Assembly (NCBI RefSeq): GCF_009914755.1
Contig: NC_060926.1
Strand: one strand, 5' to 3'
DNA from: the human T2T-CHM13v2.0 reference genome, Homo sapiens
DNA: 64,000 bases
In this document: positions 1-13,733 of the stretch, piece by piece
Layout of the letters: each line of letters begins with the position of its first letter
Position numbering within the stretch: the stretch's first letter is position 1
Notes under the pieces: model-generated
Seen by the model: the letters and a program-made list of their open reading frames with translations, nothing else
Database searches by the model: none
What the model was told of the DNA's origin: nothing
Translations under genes and position numbers: made by a program

Positions 1-1045
1 TTGAGAGCTATTAAAAAATCACAAGAAGAGAGCCATCAGGGTACCAGAAGGGGTAAACCTTGGTGGGGAAAAAAGGAAACGTGTACCTGTGAAACTTTAG
101 GAAAAGCTATGTGGTATCTCAAATTAGAAATCTTCATGCTTCAGCATAGTAATAAAATTTTAATTTTAAATTAGTTGAGGTACTCACAACACATACTTGT
201 CTCTAGAAAACACTTTTATTACTAACAAGGAGAAATCCAAAAGAGATCACTTCCAAATATTTGAATTCGTGTGAAGACATAATCTCATTCTCACATATAA
301 TACAACAATATAGGTTGTATAGGTAACAAAATAAAGTATAGGTTAACCAAACAAAACATACTCTCTGCATATCTAGCTTTCTTTCCTCCAACCTCTCCCT
401 AGGAGAGCTCTTGCATATTAAACTCACAGAAAGCAGGAAGTCAAGAGAGTAGAAACAAAGGAATAGAAAAAATTAACTGGGAATTGGAAAAATATTAGCC
501 CTTGTGTTAAAGAAAAATTGAGAGAAAGCAACAATTGCTATATATCCCAGATGGGAAACTGTGAATATTATGTCTGTGTCAAGTATAATACTCCCCAGTT
601 AGTAAAACAAGGTCTCGTGAAAGTTGTTTTAGAACTACTGTACAAGCTTTTTCCTTTTCTCAAATGACACACACACAGAATTTTATCAGCTTGTATCCTG
701 CATTCAGAAAATCTAAACAACAGCTGTTCCATAAACTTTAACTCATCTGCTATTAGGATTGCCAAAATCTACATTGATAATGAATAAAAATCTGGCATGG
801 AAATTCAACAAGTATATTCTCAAGAACCACACAGCATTCTTGCATCTTAATACATTTCAAGGAGTTTGAATGGAAGTTCAAACAGAACCACTGACTTAGA
901 AGGGGGGATAACATAAATCAAAATTTGCATTCTAACATGTGACCAGTTGTTTAAAGCTTATTTAAATCTTGCTTTTATGAAAAGATACTTAACATTCTTT
1001 TCTCCATTTAAAAACATTGGAATAAGTGAGAGGGTTAAAACATAC

Positions 1046-1240
1046 CAAACTATCATATACTTTCTTCCATCCATCCTTTAAGCGCATAAACTCTCTACGA
1101 ATGGTTTTGAAGGCAGGCAAATCATCTAATCGACATATTTCATCCCAGGATTTCTGAGGAAGCCATGTACAAGGGTTGGCATAAGGATTATCCAGTCCAA
1201 TGCCACCAGTTAGCAGAAATCTCCACTCAGCTTTATTAAT
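1046..1240 (-). CDS. DNAH7: Dynein heavy chain exon (195 nt, absent from the ORF track): [32 protein letters not shown]...VYDSL
   Basis: Manual translation; acceptor ccaaag|ATT and donor TTG|gtatgt; phase 0-0. Confidence 0.93.
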
Positions 1241-2108
1241 CTTTGGAAAACAAGGCAGCGTGAAGAGTCAGAAACGAGTTCATCATAAACTAGTAAGCTT
1301 ACAACCATTATAAAAGAGTTGAGTGTTGACTTCCAAGTTTCAGATGTGGTCTCTATGAAATTCTATAGCTAGTGTTATAGCTCAATATTTATTCATAGGA
1401 AACCAGTATACTCATGATAACCAGTTTTCAAAATAGTTCCATTTCAAATAGTTACTTTTTGACAATTTTCCTCCAGAATTACTTGTCTAAATGTGAAAAT
1501 CTGAATATGTTCTATTCGAATACGTGTTTTCCAAAATGACTGCCTAGAGCCCTATTGGCTCTAGAAATTGTAGAAAGGCAGAAACCCATCAATGTGCCAT
1601 GTTTTTGACTATTTTCCATAAAGTATAATGAGTTACTGATACACAACTTTTGCAAGAAATGCAAGAATAAAGTATTTATTTCTTCAGAATTCAACCAATA
1701 CATCACCATATAAAATCCATAAATCTTAAACACGTAAGTGTATAAAATAGTGACTTTACACAGATTTCAGTAATTTGCACAAGTCTTTAAAAACATTTAC
1801 ACTACTACCTGGTGTAAACGTATCAATATTAAGTAAATTTATATGCATAGCTGTATGAAAATCTAACATAATCAATTTATTTTAAAATAAAACATAATTT
1901 AATAGTAACATAATGAAATCTGTGCTTAATTTATATCTCACTTCTGTGAAATTTATCCTCCTGATAACATCTTGCCTTAACTATAATAACAAACAGTATT
2001 ATTGCTTAACTATTTACAATCTTTTTATATATATTCCCATACAAATTAATAAATTAATGAATCAGCGTTATTAAGGGTTTTTTTCTTACAAATGAAAACA
2101 GTACTGAC

Positions 2109-2235
2109 CGCCCGCTCATGCAGCAGTAGATTTATGGTTAGACAAAAGGAAAAGAGCAGCTTATCCTTTTCAAAGAGTGACCGGCAGACATTAACATACA
2201 GTGAATAAGTAAAGTGATCCTTGAGAATCTGAAGC
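2109..2235 (-). CDS. DNAH7: Dynein heavy chain exon (127 nt): [30 protein letters not shown]...HERA
   Basis: Acceptor ccttag|G and donor GCG|gtcagt; phase 2-0. Confidence 0.95.
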
Positions 2236-2764
2236 CTAAGGGTCAACAGAAAATAAAGGAAATAAATAAAAATATACTTTAAAGATAATGCTCTTAAGAA
2301 ACTTACATGTATGTTCTTCTGATAAACTTTCTGGTCAATTACCCCCCAAACAATCAAGAATCCTCATTAATTGGGTGTACCAATTTGAGAGCTACACAAT
2401 GTAGAAACACTTCAGTCCAATTGCATTTTACTGTGGACTGAGTTTTTTTTTTTTAAAACTTAATCTTCCTCTTGGAAAAAAGTTAGTGGATGGTATATTA
2501 ATCTGTTAGATTAAAAAGTTTACAGACTGTTTTTATCTACAAAGCATTTCTGGGGGTAAAATTTGACCTCTTTATAACAAATAATTTCAAATGTTTTATA
2601 TTGTATATTAAATGAATAGTCTAAAATTAGTAGCTTCTTTATTAAATTTAGTATTGTGCTACTCATTATAAATTCATAAAAGCTGAAGAAATCACAAAAC
2701 TTGGCAAACTCCATTTTTATTTGCTAGAGGCAAAACACGAAAATAGGAATAATCACAATATTTC

Positions 2765-2956
<192 letters not shown>

Positions 2957-3717
2957 TAACTGATATTCTAAGCTGTCAATCATCCTAGCTTTTTTTTTTT
3001 TTTCCCACTTTTCCTTACGTGCCTATTTTCTTAACTATTTTATCCCCTGCAGCATTCCCATAAAGAGAATTACAACAAATTGATGTATCTTATTTTTAAT
3101 TGGGAACTTCAAAAAAAAGGTTTTTGTAGAGAAAGCCTTGGCAATAGTTGCTAAAATACAGTTGAATTCTTAGAAGACTTAAAATAAACATACTATTTCT
3201 GTCCCCATTATTATGCTAATAGGTTGTCTTTTCATGCATGGCATTGAATTTGTCTCACTTGTAGCAGTACCATACAATTAATACAGGGTGACTCACATTT
3301 GGTCTTTTCAGAGTAAAACAAAATTTTCTGCACTTTAAAACAAGTCTCTTCTTGTAGACAGAAAGATTGAAGGGAAATTATAAAGGTTAATCATATTATA
3401 AGTTCAGGTTCAATCACTAGTAAAAATGGACATATAATATGATATTTTAATAACCTTTTAAGGTGAAAAAGAAGATTAAAATTATCATTCTCAATGCTGG
3501 TGAGTGATACAGTGATATAGGATCATTCATATTCCTCTGATGGAGTTGTGTGTTTGAATAATCTTCCAGGAAAGGAATTTATATCAGGAATCTGCAAGAA
3601 GTGAACACCTTTGTCCTAATTTTGGGATTTCAGCCTAAGAAAATAATCAAAGATGCAGACACTTATATTTACTGCAGCATTACTTACAATATAAAAGCTG
3701 GAGACCACTTAGAAGTG

Positions 3718-4014
3718 TTTTTATTTATTTGTTTGTTTGACAGGGTCTCTGTCATCAAAGCTGGATTGCAGTGGTATGATCATAACTCACTGTAACCTAG
3801 AACTCCCGGGCTCAAGCAGTCCTCCCACTTCAGCCTCCCAGGTAGCTGGGACTACAAGTGCATGTCATCACGCCAGGCTAATTTTTGCATTTTTTGTAGA
3901 GACAGGGTTTTGCCATGTCACCCAGGCTGGTATCGAACCCTTGGGCTCAAGCAATCTGCCCACCTCAGCCTCCCCGAGTGCTGGGATTACAGGTGTAAGC
4001 CACCCCACCCAGCC
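3718..4014 (-). mobile_element. AluJ
   Basis: Full dimer, reverse orientation, J-type gggctcaagca. Confidence 0.88.
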
Positions 4015-4165
4015 AAAAGTCTTATAATACAAAAATTATGGTACATTCATACAATGGTATGTATATTGTGCAACTCCTAAAACTTATGTTTCAGAAGAAT
4101 ACTTAATAACATGAGAGAATGGTCTTGACAGAAGTGAAAGAAAAAAAAAACTGTGTGCGTAATTA

Positions 4166-4755
4166 TCAAATTGCCTTTGCAAAATTATGAGAGTAAGAGA
4201 AATCTGAAATAGCTGACTCCATCTTGCTTCTGGCCTCACAGGCTGGCTGTCTTGGTTCATTCCTGGGCATGGGCGAAGCTAACTTTGGAAGAAATTTAGT
4301 TTACTAGCCATGATACCAGAGGTGGTAAGATTTGCAACTTCCCCAATCACTCCTGTAAATAACATCACTATTGTAGAACCTAAGATTGACCTTTTGGGCT
4401 ATCTTTTCAGGCTTTTGCATTTCTGACTATTGGATGGCCTCACCTAGACCAGCAACTCCTCTGGCAGTCCCCACCCAGAAGCAGACTCAGGGAAGACTGT
4501 TTTCCTTGCTGAGTTCCTATGATTGTGTTTCCAACCGATCAGCATGCCCTCCTCCCTAACGCCCTGCCCATCAAACTATCCTTGAAAAGCCCTAGCCTCC
4601 GAATTTTCAGGAGATTAATTTGAGTAATGACTCCATCTTCAGCATGGTGTGGCTGGCCTCACATCAGTTAAACTCTTTCTTTATCACAATGTCATGGTCT
4701 CAGTGGGTTGATTTTCTATGGGCGGCAGACAGGAAGAACCCATTGGGTGGTTACA
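4166..4755 (+). mobile_element. Solo ERV1 LTR (LTR8/LTR8A-like)
   Basis: Starts tcaaattgcctttgcaaaattatga, ends cccattgggtggttaca; 4-bp TSD ATTA at 4162-4165 and 4756-4759. Confidence 0.8.
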
Positions 4756-5344
4756 ATTACATATACATGCATATTTGTACAGCAACAGATTGATTCCAGG
4801 ATATTTAACAAAACCATATCCTAGTTAGATTTGGTTTCTATATTTATGTTATTTTTGTTTTATTTTGCTTGCTACATAAAGTTATTTATTCTGTTACATA
4901 AATTCTAATGCATTAAAATCTTATAAATAACAGATGATCCAAGTTATGGCAATTGCACAGTATATACCATACTAGTCGTAACATAATACATTCTTGGTAC
5001 CATATAATAATCACTACCAGAAGACAAACAAGAATGAAATACATTTATATCCCTAAATAAAAAGAAATGAGAAATAATTTTAGACCAATATTAAGATTCT
5101 AAAACAATCAGGTTGGCTAGTGTTAATAGTCACATGTTTTCTATGCTTTTGGTAGAACTATCGTCCAATAACTGCCTGAAGTCTACCAGTTATTTGATGT
5201 CTATCAATGATTGGCAGAAAAACAGATCATTTCTGTGAGAACTCATTCTCTTTTTAATTTCTGATTTGGGAGCTAGCTTCTTAATTGGAAACTCTTAGTT
5301 TACTTTAACAACAAAAAAAAGATTAAATAGGACTGATCAAAGTT

Positions 5345-6570
5345 TCTCTCTTGGTATAATGCTTTGGAAAACTATTGGCAGTATTTACTAAAAGGGAATA
5401 TAACCATGCCCTGTGGTCATCAATTTCATTCCTGGATATACACCCACCAAAGACAGATACATATCGGCACCAAAAGCCACGTACAGGAATGTTCAAGGAA
5501 GCAAAATTTCATAATAACCCCAAGTTGGAAGCTACCCAAATATCCTCAACAGTAGAATGGATAAATGATTTGTGTTACAGTATTAGGACAAGTAAAAATT
5601 GAAAATAAGAGACTCAATTCTTTATGTTGAAAATAAGGAGAGAGATTTTCCTTCCCTCCTTTTTTTCTTAATTTAGAAAACCTAAAATTATAGGTACTTC
5701 CTCCTCTCGTTGAATATAAACCCTTTTGAAAACTAGTCAGACCTTTGTCAGTTTTATGACCCAGTAATGTCTTTCTCAAAGACCCAGAAGCCATTTCTTT
5801 GAAATCTAAACATCAAGGGAGATAGCCCACTTGTCTCCAAAGTGCTGCAGAAGGGTAGGAGCCTAACTTCAGTTAAGCTTATTTCAAGTTGCAAAACTAC
5901 CTCCTGTCATACAGATACGAAAAGTTTGGTTTTCCTCTGGATAAAGCCAGTTTGCTAACACAGATGGTCACTTCAATTGCCAAGTAAAGTTAGGATGAAC
6001 TAAGTGTGATGTAATGGGTTTATCTGCTTTGATAATTAAGGGGGTGAGATTCCTCTCTGTCTTTGCAATCTCTTTGTGATTGTCTCTGATTATGTGTCAT
6101 GTTCCGTTTAATGTTTATTCAACAATAAAACTATTTTCTTTCTCTACTGTCTTTGAGGAGAGAGTTTCTGGGTTGGGAAAAGATGTAGTTTTTAATTATA
6201 CTTCCCCAACAATAGAAAACTAACAATTAAATAAGTAAGTAAAACACTGCACTAGACAAAACAATGTGCATTAATTTCACAAGCATGACGTTGAGTGCAA
6301 GATATCAGACACAAAAAAGCAGACACTGTGTGATTTTATTTATATGAAGTTCTAAAACTGGCAAAAACTAACCTGTGGTGTTGGAAGTCAGGACAGTGGT
6401 CACCTTGGGGGAGAGGGTTAGTGATCAGGAGGGGACACTTCTGGGCTGTTGATAATGTTCTGTGTCTTGAGTTAGGTGCTGGTTACACAGGTTTGCTCAC
6501 TTATGAGAATTCACTGGGCAAATACTTCTGATTTCTGCACGTTTCTTCATGTGTATTGATAACTTCAATA
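5345..6570 (+). mobile_element. Old L1M(E) 3' fragment interrupted by an LTR
   Basis: L1 3' motifs (tatcctcaacagtagaatggataaa; gaagtcaggacagtggtcaccttgg) on either side of 5581-6211. Confidence 0.65.
5581..6211 (+). mobile_element. Solo ERV1 (MER4-group-like) LTR; subfamily not assigned
   Basis: Ends ttccccaaca with an upstream AATAAA; near 4-bp TSD acag/atag; splits an L1M fragment. Confidence 0.6.
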
Positions 6571-7104
6571 AAAGTTTTAAAATCTATTTTCTCTATTTAC
6601 CTTTTGGTTCCAAAATTATACTTTTAGTATTACGGCAGACATACATAAGATTTTAATTGTTTTGAAATTAAAGAAGTTCAACTAAAAAGAAAAGGCCACA
6701 TTTTGTTTTCTAAATTTCATCCAAATCACACATCTGGGTAAAAAGGATTTGCTTTTCCTTATATCTTAAGGGACAAAAGCACAGTAATGAAGAAACAAAT
6801 TCCATACCTTGGATGAGTTCTAACTTGATATAATAGGAGACAATAAAGGACCCATCATTATTTTCAAAGCATAGGATTGTTTGAATTTTTAAAGCTTATA
6901 TGAAAAATGTCTTTAAATGGCAGACCAAAGAAATTTTCTTCTCTAGACTCCAGAAAATACCTTGATTTTAAGCTAATTAACAGATTAACATTCTAGTGGT
7001 TATTGTTATAAGCAAGGTAGAAATTAAGACCAGTAGTGAAAAGCAGAGCATTATTTATTGTGTGGCTATAATGTGATTAGCACTGTCGTAACTACTGGGA
7101 ATAA

Positions 7105-7406
7105 TTTTTTTTTTTCTTTTGGAGATGGGGTCTCACTCCCACTGCCCAGGCTGAAGTGTGGTGGCACAATCACGACTCACTGCGGCCTCAACCTCCTGGG
7201 CTCAAGTAATCCTCCCACCTCAGCCTCCCCAGTAGCTGGGACTACAAGCCCACACCACCGTGCCCAGCTAAATTTTTGTATTTTTTGTAGAGATGGGGTT
7301 TTGCCATGTTGTCCAGGCTGGTCTCAAACTCCTGGACTCATGCAAGCTGCTCATCTTGGCCTCCCAAAGTGCTGGGCTTACAGGTGTGAGCCACTGTGCC
7401 CAGGCT
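7105..7406 (-). mobile_element. AluJ
   Basis: Full dimer; flanking repeat ggg(a/g)ataattttt. Confidence 0.9.
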
Positions 7407-8084
7407 GGGGATAATTTTTTTTTTTTAATTCTTGTCTCACGGAACTCAGAATCTAGTATGAAAACCAGACATGCATGTTTAATTAACTAACTTATAATGC
7501 AAATAGCTGGGAACTTTTCTAAGAAAGATCACTTAAAATTTTGTTTTATTTCTGTAATCCTTGCTAAACTTGAAAATTTCAGAACTGGAAGAAATAAACT
7601 AAACATTTTCAAATATCATAAAGATGAATAAACTCTATCATTACGCAATGCATTTCTTCCAAAAAAAATTACCTACTCCCTCTCTTTCTCAATGGCAGAT
7701 ATCTATATATCTATATATATTTTTGGCCAAGCTCAAAGTGTCGGACTCACACCTTTATTAGTCTCATATTCAAACTTGTAAAATAATAAATCTTACTAAC
7801 AAAAAATTGCTAAGTCTAAGAACACTCAAAATTTTAGACCTCTACTATGATAAAGGAATTAAATTCAGATTTTAGTGAGATTAACATTTTGGATTTCTAA
7901 AAATAATTCTTAGCTGTGAGTGATAAAAATTAAATTGAGTTTCCCTTGTGGGTCTGAACAGTCAAGAAACTGAAGTATTTAGGTTCATACTGATCAAGAA
8001 GGTTATAAAAGGCAAAAGTTGTTATTAATTACTTTCTTTTTTCAAAAAGTAACTACACATTAAACTCTATTAAAAACATGTCTT

Positions 8085-8375
8085 GGCCGGGCATGGTGGC
8101 TCACGCCTGTAATCCCAGCATTTTGGGAGGCCGAGGCAGGTGGATCATGAGGTCAGGAGATCAAGACCATCCTGGCTGACATGGTGAAACCCTGTCTCTA
8201 CTAAAAATTAGCCGGGCATGGTGGTGGGTGCCTGTAGTCCCAGCTACTCAGGAGGCTGAGGCAGGAGAATGGTGTGAACCCGGGAGGCGGAGTTTGCGTG
8301 AGCCGAGATTGCGCCACTGCACTCCTGCCTGGGCGACAGAGTGAGCCTCCGTCTCAAAACAAAACAAAACAAAAC
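8085..8375 (+). mobile_element. AluY with shortened linker and (AAAAC)n tail
   Basis: Y-type gagaatggtgtgaacccgggaggcggag; TSD aaaaacatgtctt at 8072-8084 and 8376-8388. Confidence 0.9.
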
Positions 8376-8991
8376 AAAAACATGTCTTAATACCAAACTG
8401 AAAATTATCTAACTGATTTTAAAAAATCAAATGAAATTTAATTCTCTTGTAGATTTAAGTCAGGTCTTAATTCCATTACTTATTGTAATAGCCAACAGTA
8501 ATATAAAGTATTTTATGTAAATAAGAATAATAGAAAAGAAGATCTATTACCACAAATAATCGCAACAAGGCTTGGGATTTTTTTACCCTAGCATTTGACA
8601 AATTTTACAGATGTGTATATTAAACTGTGAATTTGCAACTTTTAGAATGCCAGTTCGTACAGGAGTCATATTTTAAAAATTATTAACTACTCTTTCTACA
8701 CTTCCATTCATAAATATATTTTGCAGATGAAAAATAAGGTAAACGTTTTCTCTTTCTAGAATTACATTATAATTCTAGATCTCTGTAAACAGTTTCTTGG
8801 CAGATTGAATTTGGACACATCTGTTCAATTTCTAACCCCCATATTTACTTCTGATACGATGATTAATCAAGTTCATTTTAGGTAAGTGGCTGTAATGCTT
8901 GTACCACTCTGAGACAACAATAGAGGTCACAAATTACTCTCTGATTTCATGCATTAATTAGTTAATATTAACTAGTATTTCCTTTACATAC

Positions 8992-9327
8992 CTTTTTGCC
9001 AAAATTTCTGATTTCTCTGAATTTTCAATAGACAGGATGAAAAGGTTAATAAACCAGGTCAGTGAATACTGGTACATGGGCTCAATGTTGGCTAAATCAG
9101 CAAGAGAAAAAAATAGGATGGAAGAATGGATGGCAATAGGACGATAGCCCATGCGGGTGGTGTCAATCTTTTTCTCTGTCTCTTCGGCTACTTCCTGCTT
9201 CTGAGAAATCTCATTAGCCAAGGCCTTGGAGGAAGATAATATCTTAATAGCAGTTTCATCTTCTAATATATTGCCTTCCGAAGATGAAAGAACTTCTAAA
9301 ATCTTGTCTTCTATTTCTTTTAACTGC
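8992..9327 (-). CDS. DNAH7: Dynein heavy chain exon (336 nt): buttress region (QLKEIEDKIL...EPMYQYSLTWFINLF...LAKR)
   Basis: Acceptor ttccag|G and donor AG|gtatgt; phase 2-2. Confidence 0.95.
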
Positions 9328-10059
9328 CTGGAATAAAACAAAATTTTCTTAGAAGAAAAAGAAGTCATTTAAAATCATTTCACGTATATGTTCTTTTATA
9401 AGAAACAAAGAACTTGTAACCTAAAGAAATGCATCACTTTGTGACAAATATCTGTAATGGTGATGCCTTATAATTAATTTCTTATCTCGTAAAATGTCAC
9501 AAAGATGGGCCTTTCTGCTCCAGTTCCCTTTTTAATGATCATTTATGGGCTAACTAGAGAGAAATACGGCAAGCCAATTTACTCTGCCATCAAGGATCTC
9601 AGCTCAGAGTGAATAGAAAGTAGCACTCCATTTATTTTCTGAAATGTTACATGACTTATACAGCTTTACTCTTTCTACCTATGATACAGATGTTATGAGC
9701 AGAAAGTGGGATGCAACATATTCATTCATACCATGCTCCAGTAAAAACAGCTTACCTCAGTTACACAGTGAATACCAAAACTCTTGTGCTAAAACTTTGT
9801 GGAATATTTGAAAATACCCTGCCCTGACTTCTGGCAGGCCTTCTAGCTCTTCCAGTGCCTAAGAACTTGCATGTAAAAATATACTCAGTAACGCAGTTTT
9901 CTAAATTGACATAGAGGTATAATTCCTTACATTTTCCTGTTATATTTTCCCTTGCAGTATTCCTATTAAATCTAACAAAAGAGATCTGTAAAATGTATTT
10001 TAATTCATTCTAGTGATCTAGAAACAAATAAGAATAGTTCTGTTTATGACATTTAAAAC

Positions 10060-10193
10060 CTTTTATTTTCAGCTCCTTGTAATATCAAGGCTTGCTTTTC
10101 TTCTTCAAGGTCTGGCCTTTCTTGTGCCACCACAATTCCCAGAAGCTGATCTTGCATTCCCTCAGGGGTTATCATGAAGTTTAATAATGTTAC
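10060..10193 (-). CDS. DNAH7: Dynein heavy chain exon (134 nt, absent from the ORF track): VTLLNFMITPEGMQDQLLGIVVAQERPDLEEEK...ENKR
   Basis: Manual translation; acceptor ttatag|GTA and donor AG|gtttta; phase 0-2. Confidence 0.93.
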
Positions 10194-11239
10194 CTATAAA
10201 TGAAAAAATATACAAAAATTACATCATTATTTCTGTTAAAAAGTCTCTGCTTTTATGTGTCAAGTTCTGACCTTAAAATAGACTCTATTTACTATATATG
10301 GTAGTACTTGTGAACGTGTAATTTGTAGAGACTATGATTAACGACATAGGCAAATATGATTGTTGGATTTAAAACCCACCTCAGTTTCTCATAGTCAAAA
10401 ATCTAATACCTCAAAGGGTTTGTTTGGTGATCAACTTATTCTCATTTCAAACTAGTCCAATTTCTGAGAACTCTTTAACAGCAAAATTCATTAGAATCAG
10501 GTTGGAAGCTATCTTTCATTTCAGTTGATCAGAGCATGGTATAATATATGGTTCAAAGCCTGGCTCTAGAATCGTAATAGTTGGACCAGCTGATTTACAT
10601 TTTAAGGATTCTAGTGGTGTCAAAAGTAAAGGAAATCTTACAAAGTGAGATAAGAGAAAAGGGAACACTGTAGTTACTTGTCATGAGTGAAGTATTTTTA
10701 CAATCTGATAATCAGCCACTATTGTGAACTAAGGAATTTACATTTTCATGGTGTCCATCAAGACTGTCTGCTAACACCTGCTTCATCTGGGGACCTAATT
10801 GCTCTTACAGGCAGGTCTCTCTTCATTGTCCACATCTCCTGTTTCTTTCCCGTAAGCATGCAAACATGCTGAGGACTCTTTTTTTTAAAAAAGCAAACAA
10901 CAAACAAATCATTCTATTGCTCCCACAATCCTTTCCAGCTATGGAATAACCTCTCTTTGGGCTTTCGAAACGACACTTATTGAAAATGTTATTTATATAT
11001 ATTTTCTGCCTCCACTTTATTTCATGATACAGCCCTTTACAATCTGCTCCCTGCCCTGCCTCTGCACACTCATCCACACACACTGCTATAAACCATAGTA
11101 ACTTCCTGGCTCTGGTCACCAATGAACCCGTAAGTCAATAAACACTGTCTTGACCTTGGCTTCATTTGAAATCCTCACTTTTTTTTTCATGTATACTGCA
11201 GTCTGCCTGACCTAATGTCTTGAATCACATCTATGTCTT

Positions 11240-11333
11240 TTTTTAATAATAAAGATGGCTCTTTATTATCACCATGTATCACCAATCTTTTTAATTTTTA
11301 ATTTTTATGGATACATAACAGTTGTATACATTG
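11240..11333 (-). mobile_element. Tiny L1MA/L1PB-like 3' end plus extra sequence, TSD-flanked
   Basis: TSD ca(t/c)ctatgtctt; see findings. Confidence 0.55.
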
Positions 11334-12169
11334 CACCTATGTCTTAAGCATCACCTCCCACTACTCCCATTCACATGCCTTTCATTTTCCTGCAAGGAAC
11401 TGATTGTGGAATCCCATACACACTATCTATGAAATGCCTCCATGTGCTTCAGTGTTTGCTCTACGCCCTTCCCCTTGTTATCCACCAGATTAGCTCCTAT
11501 TCATCTGTCAGTGTGCAGATCAAGTGTCAGCTCCTCTTGGACACTTTCCCATACAATGTGTTCTACCCAAATCACTACCCCAAGCTACTTTCTGCACTTC
11601 CTCATAGGGGTCTTAACTCATTACAGCACATATTACACTGTATGCAATCATGGGCATATATACCTCTCTCCCAGACCAGAATGAAAGTAACTTTAGCACA
11701 GGGGTCGTCTCTTATTTGACTTCATGGTTGTATTGTTCAGCACAAAGTCATGCTCCCTACAAACTTATTGAATGAACAATCAGAATGCCCACATTCCCTG
11801 TTCATAGAGTTGCTCTCTGCTACTTCTATTTCCTAAAATTTTAGTCACTTGATGATTCTTCCCAAAGGCATTTTATATAAAATAATAGCTACCATGAATC
11901 AGGCTCTATGATATAAAGAAGAGTAAGATACAGTCTGGTCCCTGCCCTCAAAAAGTTTTCATCTAGTTGAGCAAACAGAGGAACAAAGAACATACATTGG
12001 GATAAGGACTCTGAGAGTGGACAGCTTGCAATGCTACAGGAGCACAGAGGGCACCCAACCCAGCTCAGGGAGGCAAAAAGGACTTCCCCCAAGCAAAGGA
12101 CACCTGAGCTAAAACTTAAGCGTGATCAGCAGTTAGTCAAGAGAAAGAAGAGGGCAACATTCTACAGGG

Positions 12170-12347
12170 CAGAAAGTTTCAACCTTGGATGCTGATTGGA
12201 ATATACTGTGAAATTTAAAAACCAGTAGTGTCTGGGTCTTATGTCCAGAGAGTTTGGTTTAATTGGTCTAGAGTGTGGCCTGAGTATTTGGAGTTTTAAA
12301 AGCTCTCCAGGTGACTTCAATGTTCAGCCAGGATTGAGAACAATTGC
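12170..12347. mobile_element. MER5-type hAT-Charlie MITE
   Basis: aagctctccaggtgacttcaatgttcagccaggattgagaac. Confidence 0.65.
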
Positions 12348-12549
12348 TCTTGGCAAACGAAACAGCATAGACAAAGCAGCAGAGAAAGCAAAGCACGTTT
12401 AGAGGAATCTATTCTACCACTGGAGAGTGTGCAGGTATGACCCAAGGAGCACTCTTCGTCTACTACCTATAATTGAAGGCAAACATTTTCTACCACATGT
12501 ATCAGAATTCAATGTGTGCAGTCGGCAATATTAGAAATACTTGTTTTTT

Positions 12550-12840
12550 AACACAGGAACAGAAAACCAAACACCGCATGTTCTCACTCGTAAGTGGGAG
12601 TTGAACAATGAGAATACATGGACACAGGGAGGGGGACATCACACACTGGGGCCTGTTGGGGGGTATGAGGCAAGGGGAGGGAGAGCATTAGGACAAATAC
12701 CTAATGCATATGGGGCTTAAAACCTAGATGACGAGTTGATAGGTGCAGAAAACCATCATAGTATATGTATACCTATGTAACAAACCTGCACGCTCTGCAC
12801 ATGTATCCCAGAACTTAAAGTAAAATTAAAAAAAAAAAAA
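12550..12840 (+). mobile_element. 5'-truncated L1PA (about PA7/8) 3' end with poly(A)
   Basis: L1PA 3'UTR; 17-bp TSD agaaatacttgtttttt at 12533-12549 and 12841-12857. Confidence 0.92.
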
Positions 12841-13733
12841 AGAAATACTTGTTTTTTTACCCTTGAAAATGCTACAAAAATTTCAGCAACTACCACAAAT
12901 CATCAGAGGTGACTCAGTGTTTGCTCCTGATTTCATCATTTCCCTAATGAAAGGAGGTTCCTTAATAGAAAGTACTTTCCCAAACCCAGATAACACCACT
13001 GCATTCTATATGTTAGTGACAATTTTGTCCAAAACTTTTAAACACATTTTCGATCACAACTTAACCTAAATTGTAGCAGCTAAAAAATGCCATTTTGGCA
13101 TACCGAAATCTGAGGGTTTTTTTAAATTAGAATTTTAATTCGAATCATAAAACATGTGAACTAGGAGAGAAGAAACAACCCCATGGGCAAACTACCTACA
13201 TGTAGCAGATTATAATCAACCAAACCCAATACAGGCAGCTTATTCAAAAGATTTATTTGCAAAGCAAAAGCGTTGTTCTTGTTTTTATGTTTTATTCCTC
13301 TCAAGGCTCTGCTAGTCTATGAAGTACCTTGTGTGGATTAGAAAAAGATGTTGTCTGCATGCAGAATCAGCCCCGCACCAGGCCAATGCCTAAGCAACTT
13401 GGGGCTAGATTTCAGCCCTCTTCAACTCCACCTTTGTTTTATGTACAGACTGCACAACTATAGAAGGAGCCATCACTCTCCCTCCTAAAGACAAGCAGTG
13501 TTTTACCCAACTGGTGGGAAGGTTAAAAAAAAAAAAAAGAAGAAGAAGAAGAGTCAAAAATGTTATTTTTCTAATCTTAATGACTTTTTTAAAGCACCTT
13601 TGGAGGTTTTGCCTGATTTATAAATTGTTTGCATTGCCAAGGCTCAAAGGTTTTCCTTTTTTACAAACTAAAAATAGGTAATGCTGTTACTGAGGTTGCT
13701 GTTCTCTCTACTTTTGGTTTTTGTCTTTTCATC

